Shown in pieces: positions 33,774 to 43,798 of a DNA stretch of 64,000 bases. The notes under the pieces were generated by a model. That model was given only the letters and a program-made list of their open reading frames with translations, did not search any database and was not told the origin of the DNA. Position numbers and translations under genes: made by a program. Source of the DNA: a bacterium. GTDB taxonomy: Bacteria > RBG-13-61-14 > DATKZS01. The stretch is from positions 1,152,001 to 1,216,000 of the forward strand of contig CAXXFL010000006.1 of NCBI GenBank assembly GCA_963674965.2, read 5' to 3'. The first letter of the stretch is position 1. Each line of letters starts with the position of its first letter.

Positions 33774-35813
33774 ATGAGGCGAAGGTTTGAGTTCGGATAT
33801 AAGACTTTGTTTTTTTGTCTGTTTTGTGTTTTTTTGTCTGGACCAAGCGCCCCCGCCGCCGGGGACGGCGCGGCAAGGTCGGTCGAGAAAATAAGCGCCG
33901 GGTGGGAGTTCGCCGAGTACGAGGACGGCAAGGCGGGCAAGTGGGAGAAGGTGGACGTGCCTCATACGTGGAACGCCCACGACACCATTGACGGCGACTT
34001 CACCTATCGCATGGGACAGGGCCTTTACAAAAAAGACCTTGAAATTGACCTCGATTCGGACCAGCGCTATTTCCTGCGCTTCGAGGGAGTGAACGAGAAG
34101 GCCCGGGTCTGGGTCAACAGCTCGGAGGTCGGTTCCCACAAGGGAGGCTACACGGCCTTTGCCTTCGAGATAACCGACCTTGTAAAGGACGGCTCGAACC
34201 ATATCGAGGTCCTGGCGGACAACTCCTTTGACCGCGAGATCATGCCCCTTTATTGCGACTTCAACTTCTACGGCGGCGTCTATCGCGACGTGCACCTGAT
34301 ATCGACGGGCCGCGACTTAATCGCGGTCACGGACCACGCCTCGCCGGGAGTATACGTCTCGCAAAAGGAGGTGTCCCGCGAAAGGGCCGACCTCGAGTTC
34401 ATGGCCCGCGTTTCCTCCGACTCCGGTGACTTGAAGCTCCGCTTCAGCGTCATCGACGGGGAGGGACGGACCCTCGATACGGCCGAGACGGACCTCGAGC
34501 GCGCGGGCGAGTGGCTCGAGGGGGTGGCCTCGTTGTCCATCAAGTCGCCCCGGCTCTGGAACGGCGTCTCCGATCCCTATCTTTACCTGGCGCGGGCCGA
34601 GCTTGTGTCCGGCGGGCAGGTGGTTGACGCGGTGGACCAGCCCCTGGGCCTTCGGTTTTTCCACGTGGACCCTGACCAAGGCTTTTTCTTGAACGGAGAG
34701 AAGTACCGCGTCAAGGGGGTGAACCGCCACCAGGACCGGGAGGGCAAAGGGAACGCCATCAGCCGGGAGGACCATGAGGAGGACTTCGCGCTGATACGCG
34801 AGATGGGCGCCAACGCCGTCAGGCTGGCCCATTATCCTCAGGCCGACTACGCCTACTCGATATGCGACCGGGAGGGCATCCTGGTATGGGCCGAGCTTCC
34901 CTTTATCGGGATGACCGGCGACGTGACCGGCGTGTTCCTCGACTCTCCCGCCTTTCGCGAAAACCTGAAAACGCAGCTGACCGAGTTGATCCGGCAAAAC
35001 TACAACCATCCCTCCATTCTTTTCTGGGGCCTTTTCAACGAGTTGTCTCCGCCGGGAGACCCCTACCAGCTTATTGGCGAACTGAACGGCCTGGCCCACG
35101 AGGAGGACCCCTACCGCCTCACCACGGCGGCGACCTTCAGGAAGGCCGCCTTCAACGACGTGACCGACCTCATCTGCTGGAACAAGTACTTCGGATGGTA
35201 TTACAACCGGCCCGGCAAGTTCGCCTCCTGGATCGACGAGGAGCGCGAAGAGCATCCCGACCGCCTCTTGTGCATGAGCGAGTACGGCGCGGGCGGCAGC
35301 GTAAAGCAGCACTCGGAGATGGATTATCCCGTTTTCGCCTTCGGTCCGTGGCACCCGGAGAACTGGCAGGCCAGGGTCCACGAGAGGCACTGGGAGATGA
35401 TATCCGAGCGCGAGTATCTGTGGGGTTCCTTTTTATGGAACATGTTCGACTTCAGCGTGGTATCGAGGCGGGAAGGCGACCGGCCCAACATCAACGACAA
35501 GGGCATGGTGACCTTCGACCGCAAGGAGAAAAAGGACGTCTTTTATTTTTACAAGGCCAACTGGAGCGACGAGCCGGTGGTGCATATCACGGACAAGCGC
35601 TTCAAGTATCGCGCTCCCTTCATCGAGGTCAAGGTGTACTCGAACCTTACCGACCTGACGCTCGAGATAAACGGGAAACCCGTCGAGATGGACTCGCGGG
35701 GATACGGGGTTTACATTGCTAAAAACGTCTGGCTGGCGCCGGGAACGAACCGGGTCGTGGCCTCGGGAAAGAAGGTGGACGGGCGGATAATGATCGACGA
35801 GTGCGAATGGTAG
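33774..35813 (+). CDS. Secreted GH2 glycoside hydrolase (beta-galactosidase/glucuronidase-like)
   Basis: VPHTWNA, HKGGYTAF, DFNFYGGVYRDV, GVNRHQD, RLAHYPQ, WGLFNE, SEYGAGG, INDKGMVT. Confidence 0.9.
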   Translation: MRRRFEFGYKTLFFCLFCVFLSGPSAPAAGDGAARSVEKISAGWEFAEYEDGKAGKWEKVDVPHTWNAHDTIDGDFTYRMGQGLYKKDLEIDLDSDQRYFLRFEGVNEKARVWVNSSEVGSHKGGYTAFAFEITDLVKDGSNHIEVLADNSFDREIMPLYCDFNFYGGVYRDVHLISTGRDLIAVTDHASPGVYVSQKEVSRERADLEFMARVSSDSGDLKLRFSVIDGEGRTLDTAETDLERAGEWLEGVASLSIKSPRLWNGVSDPYLYLARAELVSGGQVVDAVDQPLGLRFFHVDPDQGFFLNGEKYRVKGVNRHQDREGKGNAISREDHEEDFALIREMGANAVRLAHYPQADYAYSICDREGILVWAELPFIGMTGDVTGVFLDSPAFRENLKTQLTELIRQNYNHPSILFWGLFNELSPPGDPYQLIGELNGLAHEEDPYRLTTAATFRKAAFNDVTDLICWNKYFGWYYNRPGKFASWIDEEREEHPDRLLCMSEYGAGGSVKQHSEMDYPVFAFGPWHPENWQARVHERHWEMISEREYLWGSFLWNMFDFSVVSRREGDRPNINDKGMVTFDRKEKKDVFYFYKANWSDEPVVHITDKRFKYRAPFIEVKVYSNLTDLTLEINGKPVEMDSRGYGVYIAKNVWLAPGTNRVVASGKKVDGRIMIDECEW

Positions 35814-35834
35814 CGGAAACTTCCAGGCGGGGTC

Positions 35835-36599
35835 TCAATATGGCCTGATGATTACGCGGGTCCCTTCCTCGACGAACTCGAGGTTCAGCCACATGGCGTC
35901 GTCCTTGAAGAGGCGGACGCACCCGTGGGAGGCGTGGCGGCCGGGCAAGGGACCGCCGTGAAAGGCGAAGCCGTCGCCGAAATACATACAATAGGGCATG
36001 GGCGAGCAGCCCGAGCCGGTGCATCCGGCCGGGTACTTTCTCGACCGGCATCCGGCGCCGCGCTTGCCCACGATCCGGTACTCGCCGGCGGGGGTCTCGA
36101 GGCCCGGCCTGCCGCCCACCGCCGGTCCCCACTTAACCAGCCGTCCCTGCTCGTCATAGGCCGCGAAGGCGTAAAGCCTGGGGTCGAATATGACCACCTT
36201 CTCCCAGAAGGGTTTTACCCGGTCGGGAAAGGGCGAGAAGTCCATCAGGTCCTTGCCCTTCATCTCCACGGGCACCGCCACCCGATAACCCGACTGGAGC
36301 CTAACGTTCATGCGGTTGATCTTTTTAATCGTCTCCCGCTCCCGCTCCTCCGGGAAAAGGGACTCCCAGGTGGGAGGACCGAAGCTTTTTATTTGGCGCG
36401 TGCCCGACTTGGTCTCGATCTCGCTGGTAATGGTGGTAGTCCTCACCACGACGCACCGGAAGGCACGGTCGCGCTCGCAAAGCTCGGCCCCATACTGGCC
36501 CACGTAGCCGGCGGCGGCCAAGCCCCCCACCAGGAAAAGCGCCGCGGCGAGAAAAAGCGGAGTGAATTTGGATGGACGAAAAAAGGGTTTCCACGTCAT
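35835..36599 (-). CDS. L,D-transpeptidase (YkuD family)
   Basis: ETPAGEYRI, PMPYCMYF, AFHGG..HASHGCVRL catalytic motif. Confidence 0.85.
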   Translation of the reverse strand: MTWKPFFRPSKFTPLFLAAALFLVGGLAAAGYVGQYGAELCERDRAFRCVVVRTTTITSEIETKSGTRQIKSFGPPTWESLFPEERERETIKKINRMNVRLQSGYRVAVPVEMKGKDLMDFSPFPDRVKPFWEKVVIFDPRLYAFAAYDEQGRLVKWGPAVGGRPGLETPAGEYRIVGKRGAGCRSRKYPAGCTGSGCSPMPYCMYFGDGFAFHGGPLPGRHASHGCVRLFKDDAMWLNLEFVEEGTRVIIRPY

Positions 36600-36846
36600 C
36601 TTGCACCACCTTGCCGGAAAGCCCCGGCCGGATACGGTCAACTAAAAACCTTACCCTCTCAGTATTATTGTATTTGGACGAGAAGCGTCTGTCAAAGCGG
36701 GGCGTAATAACCGGGGCGCAAAAGCCGCGTCTTTTCTTCATTTTGCTTGACAGACATATTGGGATTGTATAGATAATAGAGGAGGCCGCGTTCGACCGAA
36801 CGGTAAAAATCAGCGGCGCCAGGGGACGCCGATCAAGGAGGAAAAC

Positions 36847-37761
36847 ATGGGCGTACTGGAAGGAAAGGTGGCGGTAATCACGGGAGCGGGAAGGGGCATC
36901 GGAAAGGAGATCGCCCTTCTCATGGCCCGCGAGGGGGCCTCCGTGGTGGTGAACGACCCCGGCGTTTCGGGCTCGGGCGAGGGCGGCGACGTCAAGATAG
37001 CCGACGAGGTGGCCGAGGAGATACGCGGCAAGGGCGGCAAGGCCGCTGCCAACCACGACTCGGTGGCCTCCTGGGAGGGCGGACAAAACATCGTGGCTAC
37101 CGCCATAAAGGAGTTCGGAAGGATAGACGCGGTCGTTAACAACGCGGGCATCCTCCGCGACAGGATTTTATTCAAGATGAGCGACGAGGAATGGGACCCC
37201 GTGATCAAGACCCACCTGTACGGCGCCTTCTACACGTCACGCGCCGCCTCGCCCCATTTCAGGGAACAAAAATCGGGACGGCTCATCCACTTTACTTCCA
37301 CGGCCGGGCTGATCGGAAACGTGGGACAGGCAAACTACGCCGCCGCCAAGCTGGGCATAGTGGGACTCTCCCGAATCTGCGCGCTCGACCTGGCGCGATA
37401 CAACGTCACCTCCAACTGCATCGCGCCCTTCGCCTTTACCCGCATGATCGCCTCCATACCCACGGACGACCCCGAGCAGGAGGCCAAGGTCGCCAAAATC
37501 AAAAAGATGTCGCCCGCCGACATAGCGCCCCTGGCCGTTTTCCTCGCCTCCGACGCGGCCCAAAACGTGACCAGCCAGGTCTTCGGCGTCCGGGGCAAGG
37601 AGATATTCCTCTTCTCCCAGCCCCGCATCCTGCGCTCGATCCATGACTCCCAGGGATGGACCGTGGAAAAATTAACCGAGACCCTCGAACAAACCATGTC
37701 CAGCCACTTCCACCCCCTGGACTACTCGGGCAAATACATTTCCTGGGACCCGCTGGTATAG
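36847..37761 (+). CDS. Short-chain dehydrogenase/reductase (3-hydroxyacyl-CoA dehydrogenase-like)
   Basis: TGAGRGIG, NNAGILRD, GQANYAAAK. Confidence 0.9.
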   Translation: MGVLEGKVAVITGAGRGIGKEIALLMAREGASVVVNDPGVSGSGEGGDVKIADEVAEEIRGKGGKAAANHDSVASWEGGQNIVATAIKEFGRIDAVVNNAGILRDRILFKMSDEEWDPVIKTHLYGAFYTSRAASPHFREQKSGRLIHFTSTAGLIGNVGQANYAAAKLGIVGLSRICALDLARYNVTSNCIAPFAFTRMIASIPTDDPEQEAKVAKIKKMSPADIAPLAVFLASDAAQNVTSQVFGVRGKEIFLFSQPRILRSIHDSQGWTVEKLTETLEQTMSSHFHPLDYSGKYISWDPLV

Positions 37762-37766
37762 CAATA

Positions 37767-38520
37767 GGGGCTGTTCCATTATTGACATACGCGGGTGGCG
37801 TGGATAGCTATCCGCCTATCCGCGCGGTGAAAGTCGTGGGATATTTATTTATGCTCCCGGTGGGCCTTCGCCCCCCTTTCCCGCGTCTTCGGCGCTCAGA
37901 TAGCTATCCGGGCCATCCTAGTTTTGGCGTCACGGGGTGACCCGGCCGGTTTTCTTAAAACCGCCCGGGGCCGGCGGAGCCCCGGATAAGTACATCGGTA
38001 CGATGGCCGAGAACGGTAAAAGACGCGGTAACGAGAAATACGCAGCCCCGTACCCATCCCGCTTCTCGGGACCCGCGCGGTTTCCACGAAACCGGACGGG
38101 TCACCCGGCGTCCCGCGGCTTTCACGCGATGACGGCATGGCGATCCATGTCAGGCCCCGGTGGCGTCGCGTCTTATATTTGGTTTGACGTTAACGGCATT
38201 CGAGGTTTATGGACTGGTATCTATCGAGGGCGATCTCGTCCGAGTCCGACGGGAGTTGGCATTTGCTTTTTCCCCCCAACTTGGGCGTAAGCCGCAGGCT
38301 ATGTTCCCCTCGCCATGGGGACTCCTCCCACTCAGCTTGCAGTCTCGATCTTCACGCCGGAACACATATCCAACTTCGCTGGGTGGCGCGTCGGTTTTGG
38401 AAAAACCGCCGCCTGGGGGGACGGATTAATACGCCGCCCGGCGGGCCAACTTTTTCGCTCTGAAAGAGCAAGATATCCCAGCCCGGGATCAGACCGCGAA
38501 GCGGGCCGCCACCCCGGGTT
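37767..38520. repeat. Cluster of nested palindromes (REP/MITE-like) in a non-coding region
   Basis: About 46-nt imperfect inverted pair 37926-37972 / 38069-38115, each with a CGGTTT..AAACCG core; third core near 38392-38408; GATAGCTATCC twice. Confidence 0.55.
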
Positions 38521-38627
38521 AGGAAGATTAGGATTTTTCAATCCCTGCAAGCGATGGAGGAATGGTGTATAGTGGTCGCCAAATGAGATATCTAATAAAT
38601 GAAGGATGCCGCGATCGGGCAACCCGA

Positions 38628-38688
38628 TCAGATAAGACAGGCCCTTAAGATCATCGAGAAATACAGCCTTGAGCTGGTGGAGGAATAA
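38628..38688 (+). pseudogene. HicA toxin C-terminal remnant
   Basis: QIRQALKIIEKYSLELVEE* ends with a TAATG overlap on the hicB start; HicA-like N-terminus absent. Confidence 0.55.
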
Positions 38689-38906
38689 TGAAGGACTACC
38701 ACATCAACATCTTTTACTCCAGCGAGGACAAGGGATACATCGCGGACATTCCCGACCTCGAGGCCCGCGGCGCTTTTGGCGAAACGCCTCAGGCCGCCTT
38801 GGCCGAGGTGGAAAAAGCCAGAAAGGCGTGGCTGGCGGCGGCTAAGAAATCGGACAAGCCCATCCCCAGGCCCAGATACAAAATCGTTATATACCAGGCC
38901 GCGTGA
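38688..38906 (+). CDS. hicB: HicB-family antitoxin
   Basis: YHINIFYSSEDKGYIADIPDL..AFGETPQAALAE..WLAAAK..PIPRP. Confidence 0.85.
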   Translation: MKDYHINIFYSSEDKGYIADIPDLEARGAFGETPQAALAEVEKARKAWLAAAKKSDKPIPRPRYKIVIYQAA

Positions 38907-39026
38907 AGAGGGCGGAAGTTCTTTTACGCCCAAGGTTAATGGGGGCGATGGCGGGGCGCATCGGTTATAGTATTGGATGGGCCCGACGGGAAGTATCGCG
39001 AAAAACCCTAAAAGGAGAAAATAATC

Positions 39027-39572
39027 ATGTACCATGAATTTTCCAAAAGAAGAAAACCCATCGGCGTTTTGATGATCGAGCACCGTCTTATCGAGCGGGC
39101 GCTAGCCGCCCTGAAGTCGAAAATTTCACCCGCCGGTGGTCCCGACGTACTTTCACTGGCGGAGTTGATCGATTTTTTCGGTACCTACGCGGACGCGACG
39201 CACCACGGCAAGGAGGAGGACATATTATTCGTGGCCGCCGATCAAATGAGCCTCTCCGACGAGCTCGAGAAAATCCTGGCCGAGCTCCGCGAGGACCACG
39301 TGAAATTTCGAGGGTTCCGGCGGGCCATGGCCGAGGCTAACCGGAGAATCGCGGATGGGGACGCCGGAGCGTTCCAGGATATAATCCTGACGGCCAGGGA
39401 GTTCATTCCCATGCTAAGGTCGCACATCCTCAAGGAGGACAAAATATTTTTCCCCGGTTTCGACGGACTGCAAAGCGCCGAGGACCGGGAGACCATGAAA
39501 AATAGCTTCATGGAGTTCGACATGGAGATGGTGCATGAGACCTATCAGTCCGTGGTGGACAGAAACGAGTAA
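39027..39572 (+). CDS. Hemerythrin/HHE cation-binding domain protein
   Basis: EHRLI, HHGKEEDILF, EDH, HILKEDKIFFP. Confidence 0.85.
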   Translation: MYHEFSKRRKPIGVLMIEHRLIERALAALKSKISPAGGPDVLSLAELIDFFGTYADATHHGKEEDILFVAADQMSLSDELEKILAELREDHVKFRGFRRAMAEANRRIADGDAGAFQDIILTAREFIPMLRSHILKEDKIFFPGFDGLQSAEDRETMKNSFMEFDMEMVHETYQSVVDRNE

Positions 39573-39707
39573 CGGCCAGGGGACCCTCCATCAAACAAAA
39601 TGGACTTGGCGGGCAAGGGAGTTTAAAATCTAATAAAGCCATTCGGCCTACGCGGGCAGCCTCGCGGGCCGTCCCGGCCGTCCATATGGACGCCGTCCGG
39701 AATATCC

Positions 39708-41633
39708 ATGGAAGAAGAAAAACAAAGCGGCGCCGCCTGGCCTCTTCACCTGGGCCTGGCCCTTTTGCTGGCGCTTCAACTGGCGCTTACGGCCCTGTCC
39801 TTTAACTCGATCGACGACCTTACGAATTCTGACCCCGTCCTCAACGTGGATTGGACCTCCCAGTACTACTGGGCCTTTGCCGCCAGAAAATTCAACGAGC
39901 TCGACTCGAGGATGTGGGGATACGACCCCAACTTCATGGCCGGGTATCCCTTGAGCTTCGTGTTCAACTCCGCCCTGCCCGTGCAGATGGCCGCGGTTTT
40001 TTTTGGGTCCTTCAACCTGGCCCGCGTGATCAAGGCCGTTTACGTGATCAGCTTCGCCCTGGTTCCCTTCACGCTTTACTTTTCCATACGACAGTTCGGG
40101 ATTGGCCGGGCGGCGTCGCTGGCGGCCTGCGCCCTGGGGGTGGTCTATTTCTGGGCGGCCGAGAACGCCTGGTTCGGGCACATGGGCATGATCTCCGGGG
40201 CCTTTATGCTTCACTTTTATCTCGTTCCTCTTTCATTGTTCATCAGGTTCCTCCGGTCTCGCGACAACCGGGGGTTCACGCTGTTGTTCTTCGCCTTCAT
40301 AATCGCGTTTACCATCCACAAGACGGCCTTTACTTTGGTCCTGCCCGTGGGCCTCGTCTGGTTCGTCTATTATTCGCCCACCCTGGCCAAGCGCGAATGG
40401 GGCATGATTTTAGCCCTCTTCCTCTTCGCGCTTCTTTTCAACATGCACTGGCTTTATCCGTTCTTCAAGTATCTTGGTCTCAAGGTCGAGGACCCGGCCA
40501 CCACCTTTTTCCAGAACACCGACCCTTTCAGGGTGATCGCGGACCTTCTGCCCATCCCTCCCTGGCAGCCCTTCCCCGGGGCCGCCGTCGCCAGGCTTCT
40601 TATCGTGGCCCTCGGGGCCCTGGGCCTGTGGAGGGCGCGCGAGGAGGGGACCATTCCCTTCTCGCCCCTGGTCTTCGCCCTCGCCATGCTCGGGGCTTTC
40701 TCCTATTTCGGGTCTTTGGCTCCGAGCCTGAGACACCTTCAGCCTTACAGGCACTCGGTCGCCTATTTTTATTTATGGCTTCCCGCCGCGGCGGTGGGCT
40801 TTTCCTTTTTACAAAAAAAGCTCGGGGGGCTTGATCGGTCATCCGTTCCAACTTGGCTCTCGCCGCTGACCCTCATCCCGGCGCCGGCCAGACTTGCCGC
40901 GCCCTTCGCCCTCATCCTGGGAGCCACGCTCTTTGTCATTCCCAACTTCACGCTCTTCGCCCGCGTGGCGCCGCTCACGACGAAAATGGACAAGGACTGC
41001 CGCGCCGCCCTGCAATGGATCGAGACGCGAACCGCGGACGACTCGAGGATACTGATCGAGGACATTAACGCCTGGCCCGGCGAGCGTGGAAAAACAATAT
41101 ACGGCGGGGCCCGTTTCGTACAGATTCTTCCCCTCCTGGCGGACAGGGAACTGATCGGCGGGCCCCTGCCCAACGCCTTTATCAAGCATCATCACGCGGG
41201 ATTTCACGACGGCCTTTTCCTCGGGCGCCGGATTTTCGAGTTCAGCGACGAGGAACTCGGGGCCACCCTCGACCTGTATAATATTGGATGGGTAATCTGC
41301 TGGACCGACGAGTCGAAAGAGCGTTTCGGATCATACGGCCCGGCTCAAAAAGAGGACGCCGGTTTCAGCTATCTTGAGGCCTTTAGGATCGAGCGCGAGC
41401 CGAGTTTCTTCCTCGAGGGATCGGGCAAGGTCGAGTCGAGGCTTGGCCGTATCGACCTTTCCGAGTTGATTACAAAGTCGGGCCGCGTGGTGGTATCCTA
41501 TCATTGGGTGGAGGGATTGGAGAGCGACCCACCCTCCCGGCTGGTCAAGGTCGACCTGGGCGGCGATCCCGTCGGCTTCATCGGAGTCGAGGACCCGCCG
41601 CCGAAATTGAGCGTCGGCCTTCTGGCCAGGTAG
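39708..41633 (+). CDS. Polytopic membrane protein, probable GT-C-type glycosyltransferase
   Basis: WGYDPNFMAGYP motif, about 11-12 TM helices, C-terminal soluble domain; precedes GT2/GT9 genes. Confidence 0.55.
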   Translation: MEEEKQSGAAWPLHLGLALLLALQLALTALSFNSIDDLTNSDPVLNVDWTSQYYWAFAARKFNELDSRMWGYDPNFMAGYPLSFVFNSALPVQMAAVFFGSFNLARVIKAVYVISFALVPFTLYFSIRQFGIGRAASLAACALGVVYFWAAENAWFGHMGMISGAFMLHFYLVPLSLFIRFLRSRDNRGFTLLFFAFIIAFTIHKTAFTLVLPVGLVWFVYYSPTLAKREWGMILALFLFALLFNMHWLYPFFKYLGLKVEDPATTFFQNTDPFRVIADLLPIPPWQPFPGAAVARLLIVALGALGLWRAREEGTIPFSPLVFALAMLGAFSYFGSLAPSLRHLQPYRHSVAYFYLWLPAAAVGFSFLQKKLGGLDRSSVPTWLSPLTLIPAPARLAAPFALILGATLFVIPNFTLFARVAPLTTKMDKDCRAALQWIETRTADDSRILIEDINAWPGERGKTIYGGARFVQILPLLADRELIGGPLPNAFIKHHHAGFHDGLFLGRRIFEFSDEELGATLDLYNIGWVICWTDESKERFGSYGPAQKEDAGFSYLEAFRIEREPSFFLEGSGKVESRLGRIDLSELITKSGRVVVSYHWVEGLESDPPSRLVKVDLGGDPVGFIGVEDPPPKLSVGLLAR

Positions 41634-41689
41634 GATTACATTATTTGAAAGGAACGCGGATATCTTCCGCGCATGGTGATAACGCTTAC

Positions 41690-42385
41690 ATGTCCGACAA
41701 CGGCGCAAGTGAAAAACTCAAGGTATCGGCGGTAATTCTGGCTCGGGAGGAGGAAGAGGTAATAGGCCGGGTGGTCTCGGCCTCGGTCCCCCTCGCGGAT
41801 GAGGTCCTGGTAGTGGACGGCCACTCGACGGACGACACGGTCAAGGTGGCCGAGGCGGCCGGGGCCAGGGTGGTCAAGGACAACGGCCGCGGCAAGGGCG
41901 ACGGCTACAAGGTGGCCATCCAGGAGGCCCGGGGCGACGTGCTGGTTTTTCTCGACGCCGACGGCTCCCACGACCCGGTGGACATTCCCCGCATGGCGGC
42001 CCCCATCTTGGAGGACAAGCTGGACATGGTCATCGGCTCGAGATGGCGCGGCGGCTCGGAGGACGTTCATCCCAACCTGGCCCACTTCATCCGGGACGCG
42101 GGCGGCAACTTTCTCTCCATGTGCATCTCCTATCGCTTCAAAGTCGAGGTGACCGACTGCCTTAACGGCTATCGGGCCATCCGCCGGACTTCGGCCCTTG
42201 GTCTCGGCCTCGAGGCCGACGACTTCGACGTCGAGCACGAGATGGTGATGAAGGCCCTGAAGAAGGGACTGCGGGTGGGAGAGATTCCCAGCCACGAGTA
42301 CGCCCGGGCCGGCGGCCACTCGAAGCTTCCCACTTTCAAGAAGGCCCATATCTTCTTCCTGCGCCTCTTCAAGGAGATGCTGTAA
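41690..42385 (+). CDS. GT2 glycosyltransferase (polyprenol-phosphate mannose synthase-like)
   Basis: VVDGHSTDDT, GRGKG, FLDADGSHDP, VIGSR; start moved to ATG 41690. Confidence 0.88.
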   Translation: MSDNGASEKLKVSAVILAREEEEVIGRVVSASVPLADEVLVVDGHSTDDTVKVAEAAGARVVKDNGRGKGDGYKVAIQEARGDVLVFLDADGSHDPVDIPRMAAPILEDKLDMVIGSRWRGGSEDVHPNLAHFIRDAGGNFLSMCISYRFKVEVTDCLNGYRAIRRTSALGLGLEADDFDVEHEMVMKALKKGLRVGEIPSHEYARAGGHSKLPTFKKAHIFFLRLFKEML

Positions 42386-43798
42386 ATGAAGGCCCATATG
42401 ATCAACCCTCCGGCCGCGCTGGGCGTGGACATGGTCAGGGAGGGAAGGTGCATGCAGCGGGCCGGGGCCTGGACCGCCATCTGGTCCCCCATTTCCCTGG
42501 CCACCATCGCGGCCGTGCTCGAGAGGGAGGGGATCGAGTGCCGCCTTGACGACTGCATCATCGAGGGCCTCGGAAAAGAGGACACCCTTAAGAGGGCGAA
42601 AGATTTCGAGCCCGACCTGTTCGTGATCAACACCTCGACCCCTTCGATCGAGCACGATATTAAGTTAGCCGCCGACCTGAAACGCCTTTTTCCCCGGGCC
42701 AAGACCCTGGCCATCGGCATCCACGTGACGGCCCTTCCCGAGGAAAGCATGGCCCTTTGCCCGGACCTTGACGCCATCGTGGCCGGCGAGCCGGAGCTGA
42801 CCGTCCGGGACGCGGCCCTGGCTATCAGGGACAACTCGCCGCTCGAGGGCATACCCGGCCTGATCGTCAGCGGCAAGGACGGCCTTATCCGGGGTCCCGA
42901 GCGGGAAAAGGCCAACCTTGACGAGCTTCCGATCCCGGCCTGGGGACTTATTAAGCGCGAGCTTTACACCATGCCCTTCTCGGGCAATCCGTTCCTGTTA
43001 ATAGGTACCTCGCGAGGATGTCCCCATCGATGCGAGTTCTGCGCCGATCCCGTTTATTACGGACACGCCCTGCGCGTGAAGTCGCCGGAACGGATCGTGG
43101 ACGAGCTTCGATACATAAAGGACGAGTACGGGATAAGGGAGTTCCTCTTCTGGTCCGAGTCCTTCACTCTCAAGCGCTCCTGGACCAAGGAGGTACTCGA
43201 GCGAATCATCGAGGCAAATTTGGGCCTGGCCTTCGTGGTCAACTCCCGGACCGACCACGTGGACCTCGAGCTTCTAAAGCTCATGAAAAAAGCCGGCTGC
43301 TGGATGATAGGGTACGGACTCGAGAGCGGGAGCCAGGAAATCCTCGACCGGATGAACAAGAAGACCACCCTCGAGCAGAACGCCAACGCCGTCAGGTGGA
43401 CCAAGGAGGCCGGGCTCCAGGCCACGGCCCATACCGTGCTGGGATACCCGGGAGAGACCGCCGAGACCATCAAGAAGACCATCGACTTCGTCTGCTCCTT
43501 GCCCCTCGATTTCGCCCAGTTCTACTGCGCCGTTCCCTTTCCCGGCTCGAAACTATACCAGGAAGCGATCGAAAAGGGATGGATCGTGGACGCGAGATGG
43601 GAGATGTTCGAGCAGAACTTCGCCATCATCAGCACTCCCGAGCTTCCGGCCGAGGAGATCGCCAAGTGGAGGAGCGTGGCTTACCGCAGGTTTTACTCCG
43701 ATCCCGGCCGGGTCTGGCGGGTGCTTAAAAACCAGGTGGGGATAAGGGGACTTCCCAAGTTCGCGAGGATGGCGCTGGATTTCAAGGGCTGGATTTGA
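42386..43798 (+). CDS. Cobalamin-binding radical SAM protein (HpnJ-like)
   Basis: B12-binding N-domain, SRGCPHRCEFC, GLESGSQEIL, GYPGET. Confidence 0.88.
   Translation: MKAHMINPPAALGVDMVREGRCMQRAGAWTAIWSPISLATIAAVLEREGIECRLDDCIIEGLGKEDTLKRAKDFEPDLFVINTSTPSIEHDIKLAADLKRLFPRAKTLAIGIHVTALPEESMALCPDLDAIVAGEPELTVRDAALAIRDNSPLEGIPGLIVSGKDGLIRGPEREKANLDELPIPAWGLIKRELYTMPFSGNPFLLIGTSRGCPHRCEFCADPVYYGHALRVKSPERIVDELRYIKDEYGIREFLFWSESFTLKRSWTKEVLERIIEANLGLAFVVNSRTDHVDLELLKLMKKAGCWMIGYGLESGSQEILDRMNKKTTLEQNANAVRWTKEAGLQATAHTVLGYPGETAETIKKTIDFVCSLPLDFAQFYCAVPFPGSKLYQEAIEKGWIVDARWEMFEQNFAIISTPELPAEEIAKWRSVAYRRFYSDPGRVWRVLKNQVGIRGLPKFARMALDFKGWI

Noticed and set aside
37767-37800. GGGGCTG start resembling the tmRNA or tRNA-Ala 5' end
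   Set aside because: No matching T-arm and CCA 3' end or tag reading frame found
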